A stretch of DNA of 64,000 bases, from NCBI RefSeq assembly GCF_000143415.4, contig NW_003314295.1, forward strand, positions 124,001 to 188,000, given 5' to 3'. Position 1 is the first letter of the stretch, and every line of letters starts with the position of its first letter. The notes beneath the pieces were generated by a model. The model saw only the letters and a list, made by a program, of their open reading frames with translations, did no database searches and was not told where the DNA came from. The position numbers were made by a program, and so were the translations under genes. Positions 59,621 to 64,000 of the stretch are shown one piece after another. Source of the stretch: Selaginella moellendorffii (lineage: Eukaryota; Plantae; Lycopodiophyta).

Positions 59621-62600
59621 TGTGAGGGCCAAGTGTACGGTTACGATGCCGTATACTAATATTAGCGTAGTGGGATTCTGGTAGCCGTCGGATTGGTTTC
59701 AATCTGGACCACTCACTCTTGTATATAAGCTAGAGTTTTTGGGCTAATTAATATGTACATTTCTGTATTCCCTTTCTATATTCCAAACATTCACATTGGT
59801 GGAGTTGAGGGGCACCTTTGATTGTCTCTGAGGAGTGTTTGGATTTAAGATTTTGGTTTAGATCTAGCTTTTGCATCGTCTAGATCTAGCTTTTTCTATT
59901 TCCTTTTTTTTGTTCTTTCTTTTCAGGGTTTTGGTTTAAATCTAGCTTTTTGCGTTGTCTAGATCTACCATTTCCTTCTAGCTTTTTGTCATTTCTCTTC
60001 TTTTGCTCTTTCTTTTTCGTTCATCTTCATGGCAGATAATTAATCTCCTCCTTTGACTCTAGAGCAGCAGTTGGTACAATTGCTTGATGCTATGCGCTTG
60101 CAATTGAACAACCAAACTCAGTTGATGGCGGCGTTCACGGCACATGGTACAACTCCTCTTGCTCTTGGTGCCAATCTTCGCGTTCGGCCAGAGTTCTTTC
60201 GCGGGAATCCTGGGGATGATGTGTACCATTGGTTCAATCACTTCACGGTGATTGCCACATATCATTCTTGGGATGATACTTGATGGTTGCGTGAGTTTCC
60301 CACGTGTCTCCAAGGGACGGCATTGCAGTGGTACAATGGTTTGAGTGTAGCCACTCGTGGGGATTGGAGTGTTCTCCCGGACGTCTTCAAACACGCCTTT
60401 GGACGTGCCGATGATTGTGATGATGCTTTCTAGCAATTGCATCGTCTTCGCCAAGGGCCATCTGAGTCGGTGATGCAATTTGGCGTTCGTTTCCGAAGTC
60501 TTTTGCTTCGTGCAGAGCCAAATATGTCGGAGCGGATCAAGCTAGGAATGTTGTGGCCAGCACTTCGTCAAGATCTTGTCGGCCTTGTGCATGCACTTGC
60601 TCCTACCACCCTTGACGATGCTTTTCGCTTGGCACAACGTTATGAGACGTCGCCTCTTCCACTTCTCGCTGCACGTCCTTTCGCTCCACTTCCTATGGGT
60701 GATGGTCCTGTTCCAATGGAGGTTGATGCTGCTGCTGCTCGAGTCCAAGGACAAGCGTGAGGACGTGGTCATGGCCATGATGCTTGCTGCTGGGCGTGTG
60801 ATGAAGTTGGTCATACTTATCGGTGTTGCCATCGTTTTCCGGATTGGCGACCTCCATTTCCTGGGTGGAGACCTTGGCGTCAACAACGTCTCGTGGGTGC
60901 TGTTGCAGTGGAAGGTCTGGACACCGAGATGCATCCGGGAAACGAGGAGTCGCGCGAGTAACGGAGGGACCTTGCACGAATAAATCAGTGACCCCTCCAT
61001 CTTTCTTTCGGGAGTATCATCAAGGGGTTCACTCGGCACCAGTTCATCCAGTATTTACTTTCCAAGCTCGTTTTTATAACAAGAGGTCTCCTATTATTCT
61101 CTCTATGTTGGTTGATACAGGTTTGAGTTTATCTTCTATTACTTGACCTGTTGCCACACGTTGTCGTCTAAACTTGCGTCGTGCGGCGAAACCAGTTTTC
61201 ATTCTTTATGGCAACGGTCGTACACATGCATGTGCACGGGATGAGGTGCACCTGGTTGTGCATGTGGGCGATCTCGAGCTTGAGTTGCAATCGTTGCAGG
61301 TGGTGCCAAGTCAAGCTTTTGACCTCATTCTTGGTATGGATTGGTTGCAGCGCAATCATGCCAAGTGTGACTTTGAGACTTCTCCCCCTTGTCTCATACT
61401 TCCTTATGTTTCATCCATTCCTCTCACTTTCATACCTCTTCGTCCCTCTACTTCTACCTCTACTTTCATTACTTTTGCTCCCCCACTCTTTCCTTCTGTG
61501 TTTCCATCTTGTTCTGCTTTTCCCTTTTCCGATCCCTCCGACGATCTTTGTGTTGCAGCAGTTGACCGGCTCATGAAGGAGTATTTTGATCTCTTTGAAT
61601 TTGACCTATCGTCTGGGCCCAAGATTGCCACACGTCATCCGATTCCAACCGGGGATGCTCGTTCAATCAAGGTTTCTGTTCGTCGTCGGTCACCTAAGGA
61701 GATCAAGATTTTACGAGCAAACGTCAAGGAAATGCTAGAGAAGGGTGTTATTTGGAAGTCGTGAAGTCCTTGGGCATGTGAACCTCATCTTGTGACGAAG
61801 CTTGATGGGAGTATTCGTTTCTGCATCGACTATCGTCCGTTAAACGAAGTGACGATCCCAGATGTGTATCCTCTTCCTCACACTGCTGATCTCTTGGATC
61901 GTCTGGGGCGAAGTCATTGGTTCACCAAGCTAGATCTTGCTTTTGGGTATTGGCAAGTACCGATGGCCGACGAAGATATTCCTAAGACTGTTTTTCGTAC
62001 ACCATTTGGTTTGTACGAGTTTTTGGTGATGCCGTTTGGTTTGAACAATGCTCCAGCAACTTTCCAGCGGATGATGGATGAGGTCCTTTGCGATATGCCG
62101 GAGGTGACTGCTAACTTCATTGATGATGTCTTGATCCACTCGGAGGGGACGTGGGAGGAGCACGTTCGTGATGTTTATAAAGTGTTGGATCAGCTACGCG
62201 ACGTTGGTTTAAAGCTGAAGAGGTCAAAGTGCGTGTTTGGGTCCAAGGACACAACTTATCTTGGGTACCGTATTTCTCGTGAGGGTTTGCAAGTTGATCC
62301 TGACAAACTTGTGGCTATTCTAAAGTTCCTTACTCCGAAGTGTATGAATGATGTGCAACGCTTTTTGGGTAAGGTGCAGTATCTCGGTCGTTTTGTGGAT
62401 CATCTTTCCGATTACACTACACCATTGCGAGCGTTGCTGAAGTCATCAACGTCATCTTTCATCTGGTCTCTGGATTGTGAGAGGCATTCGTGGATCTCAA
62501 AGAGCTATTGACGACTCCTCCAGTTTTGGCATATCCTGACTACACTCGACCTTTTATTTTGCGCGTGGATGCTCCTGACATTTGTCTTGGAAGTGTGTTG

Positions 62601-64000
62601 ATGCAAGAGAGCTCGAGTGTGCCTAGTCAGTGCCATCCCATTGCATACATAAGCCGTACATTACAACCAGCGGAGATGAAGTACTCCACGACGGAGAAGG
62701 AGTGTTTAGCAGCAGTCTGGGGTTTCGAGAAACTTCATGCATATCTACATGGTTCTCGGACATTACTTGAAGGTGACCATGCTGCTATTACTTCATTATT
62801 GAAGCGGAAGAACCTGGTTGGTCGTACGGCTCGATGGGCTTTGAAACTTCAAATATATGATTTCGATGTTGTTCATCGCCCAGGGAGTTCTATGGCTGAT
62901 GCTGATGCCCTTTCTCGAGCTCCTCTTCCTTCTCCACTCACTTATCATGTTTCTGATGAACCTGTTGTTCCAGCATCTGTGGATTTTCTAAATGAGGATT
63001 TTGTGCCATCGGCGGTTGCTGTCCTTGACGTTTAGTGTCCACAGGGCGCAAAGCAAGATCTACCTTCTCTTGATGAGGTTCGCGAGGCTCAAAAGATTGA
63101 GCTGTGGATTCGAAGGCTTCGGGATGGGTTTGAGAATCCTGCATCACTTGCTGATGACTTGCCTTTCCGGCATTTACATTCTCAATATCGTCTTGAAGAT
63201 AGCCTTCTTTATTTTGTGGGGATGGATTCTAATGATCATTTACGGTTGGTGGTGCCTTCGGTGTTTATTCCGCGGTTTCTCCATGCCTACCATGATTCTC
63301 CTGTTCTAGGTGGGCATATGGGACACCGTCGTATCACCGAGAAGCTGCGCAGGTCTTTCTATTGGCCGGAGATGCGACGTGATATTATCCGGTATGTGCG
63401 TAGCTGTGTTTGGTGCCAAGCTCGTAATACTCCCCCTCGTGCTGCGGAAGGACGGTTGGAGTCAATTGCGGTTTCCCGTCCGTTTGAGTTAGTGGCGTTT
63501 GATCTTATGGGACCTTTTCCACGGTCGACTATTGGCAATGAGTATGTTATTATTGCTTCTGAGTACTTGACTCGTTGGGTGGAAGTTGGTGCTCTTGCTA
63601 GTGCCTCTACAACTGCTGTTGGATACTTCCTCCTCAATCGAGTGGTGTTCCAGCATTTTTGTCCAGAGCGGATTCTTTCGGATAATAGTCCCACATTTAT
63701 GGCTGAGGCATTTCATGTTTTGACGTCTCGATTGGGGATATGCCACACTTTCACAAGTGCTTATCATCCACAATCAAACGGTCTAGTGGAACGGCTTGTT
63801 CGGACATTCAAAGGGATGATTGTGAAGTATGTGAACTTTCAACATTCGGATTGGGATGGTTATTTGCTGTCTCTTCGGTATGCATATGTTACAGGGGTGC
63901 AGAGTTCTGTTAGTGCTTTACCATATAAACTCCTATATGGTCATGATCCAATATTACCAACGGAGCTGGGTTTACCTTCGCGATTGCCACGAGCTGCCAA
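59621..64000 (+). mobile_element. Element D: Ty3/Gypsy element, 5' LTR 59621-59795, running off the window within integrase
   Basis: LTR TGTGA...TCACA with TATATAA; PBS TGGTGGAG 59797-59804; gag from ATG 60029 with CWACDEVGHTYRCC knuckle; PR LVDTG; RT FIDD; RNase H; IN GGHMG/YWP/CxxCQ and core; several stops and frameshifts. Confidence 0.93.
60937..60998 (+). promoter_or_regulatory. -1 programmed ribosomal frameshift signal (G GGA AAC + predicted H-type pseudoknot) at the gag-pol junction of D
   Basis: Heptamer in correct gag phase; pol in the -1 frame; 6-nt spacer; stem 1 60950-60958/60971-60979; stem 2 60963-60968/60993-60998. Confidence 0.78.

Overview
Plant nuclear DNA. Very short introns (~45-130 nt), very short intergenic spaces and the gene set suggest a compact lycophyte genome such as Selaginella (inference). 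Layout: (1) 1-4.1 kb, an AINTEGUMENTA-type AP2 gene (5'-truncated by the window) and a small membrane-protein gene. (2) ~5.3-29 kb, a nested LTR-retrotransposon island: a chromodomain Ty3/Gypsy element (A, 6837-14348), a minus-strand non-coding LTR element (B, 14384-28734, TSD CTTAC), a non-coding LTR element (C, 20905-28425, TSD CTATC) inserted in B's 5' LTR, and decayed relics on both flanks. (3) 29.8-59.2 kb, a dense gene block: GT47 exostosin, tRNA-Gln(UUG), RmlD-like SDR, ERF, PLS-PPR, TEN1, OPT, squalene synthase, OPT, EF-hand protein, FTSH4, PDR/ABCG, ELP3, secreted B-lectin. (4) 59.6 kb to the end, a second Gypsy element (D) with a 175-bp LTR and a -1 frameshift signal. Main novelty: element A's integrase is interrupted by two short GT-AG spliceosomal introns, and the 3' part of one is also present in an older copy. 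Its 3' UTR is a run of about 10 hairpins with compensatory substitutions in the non-autonomous partner C. Together these suggest a splicing-gated retrotransposon with a structured RNA cis-element exploited by non-coding elements (inference). All alignments, folds and homology calls were made by eye; no database searches were run.
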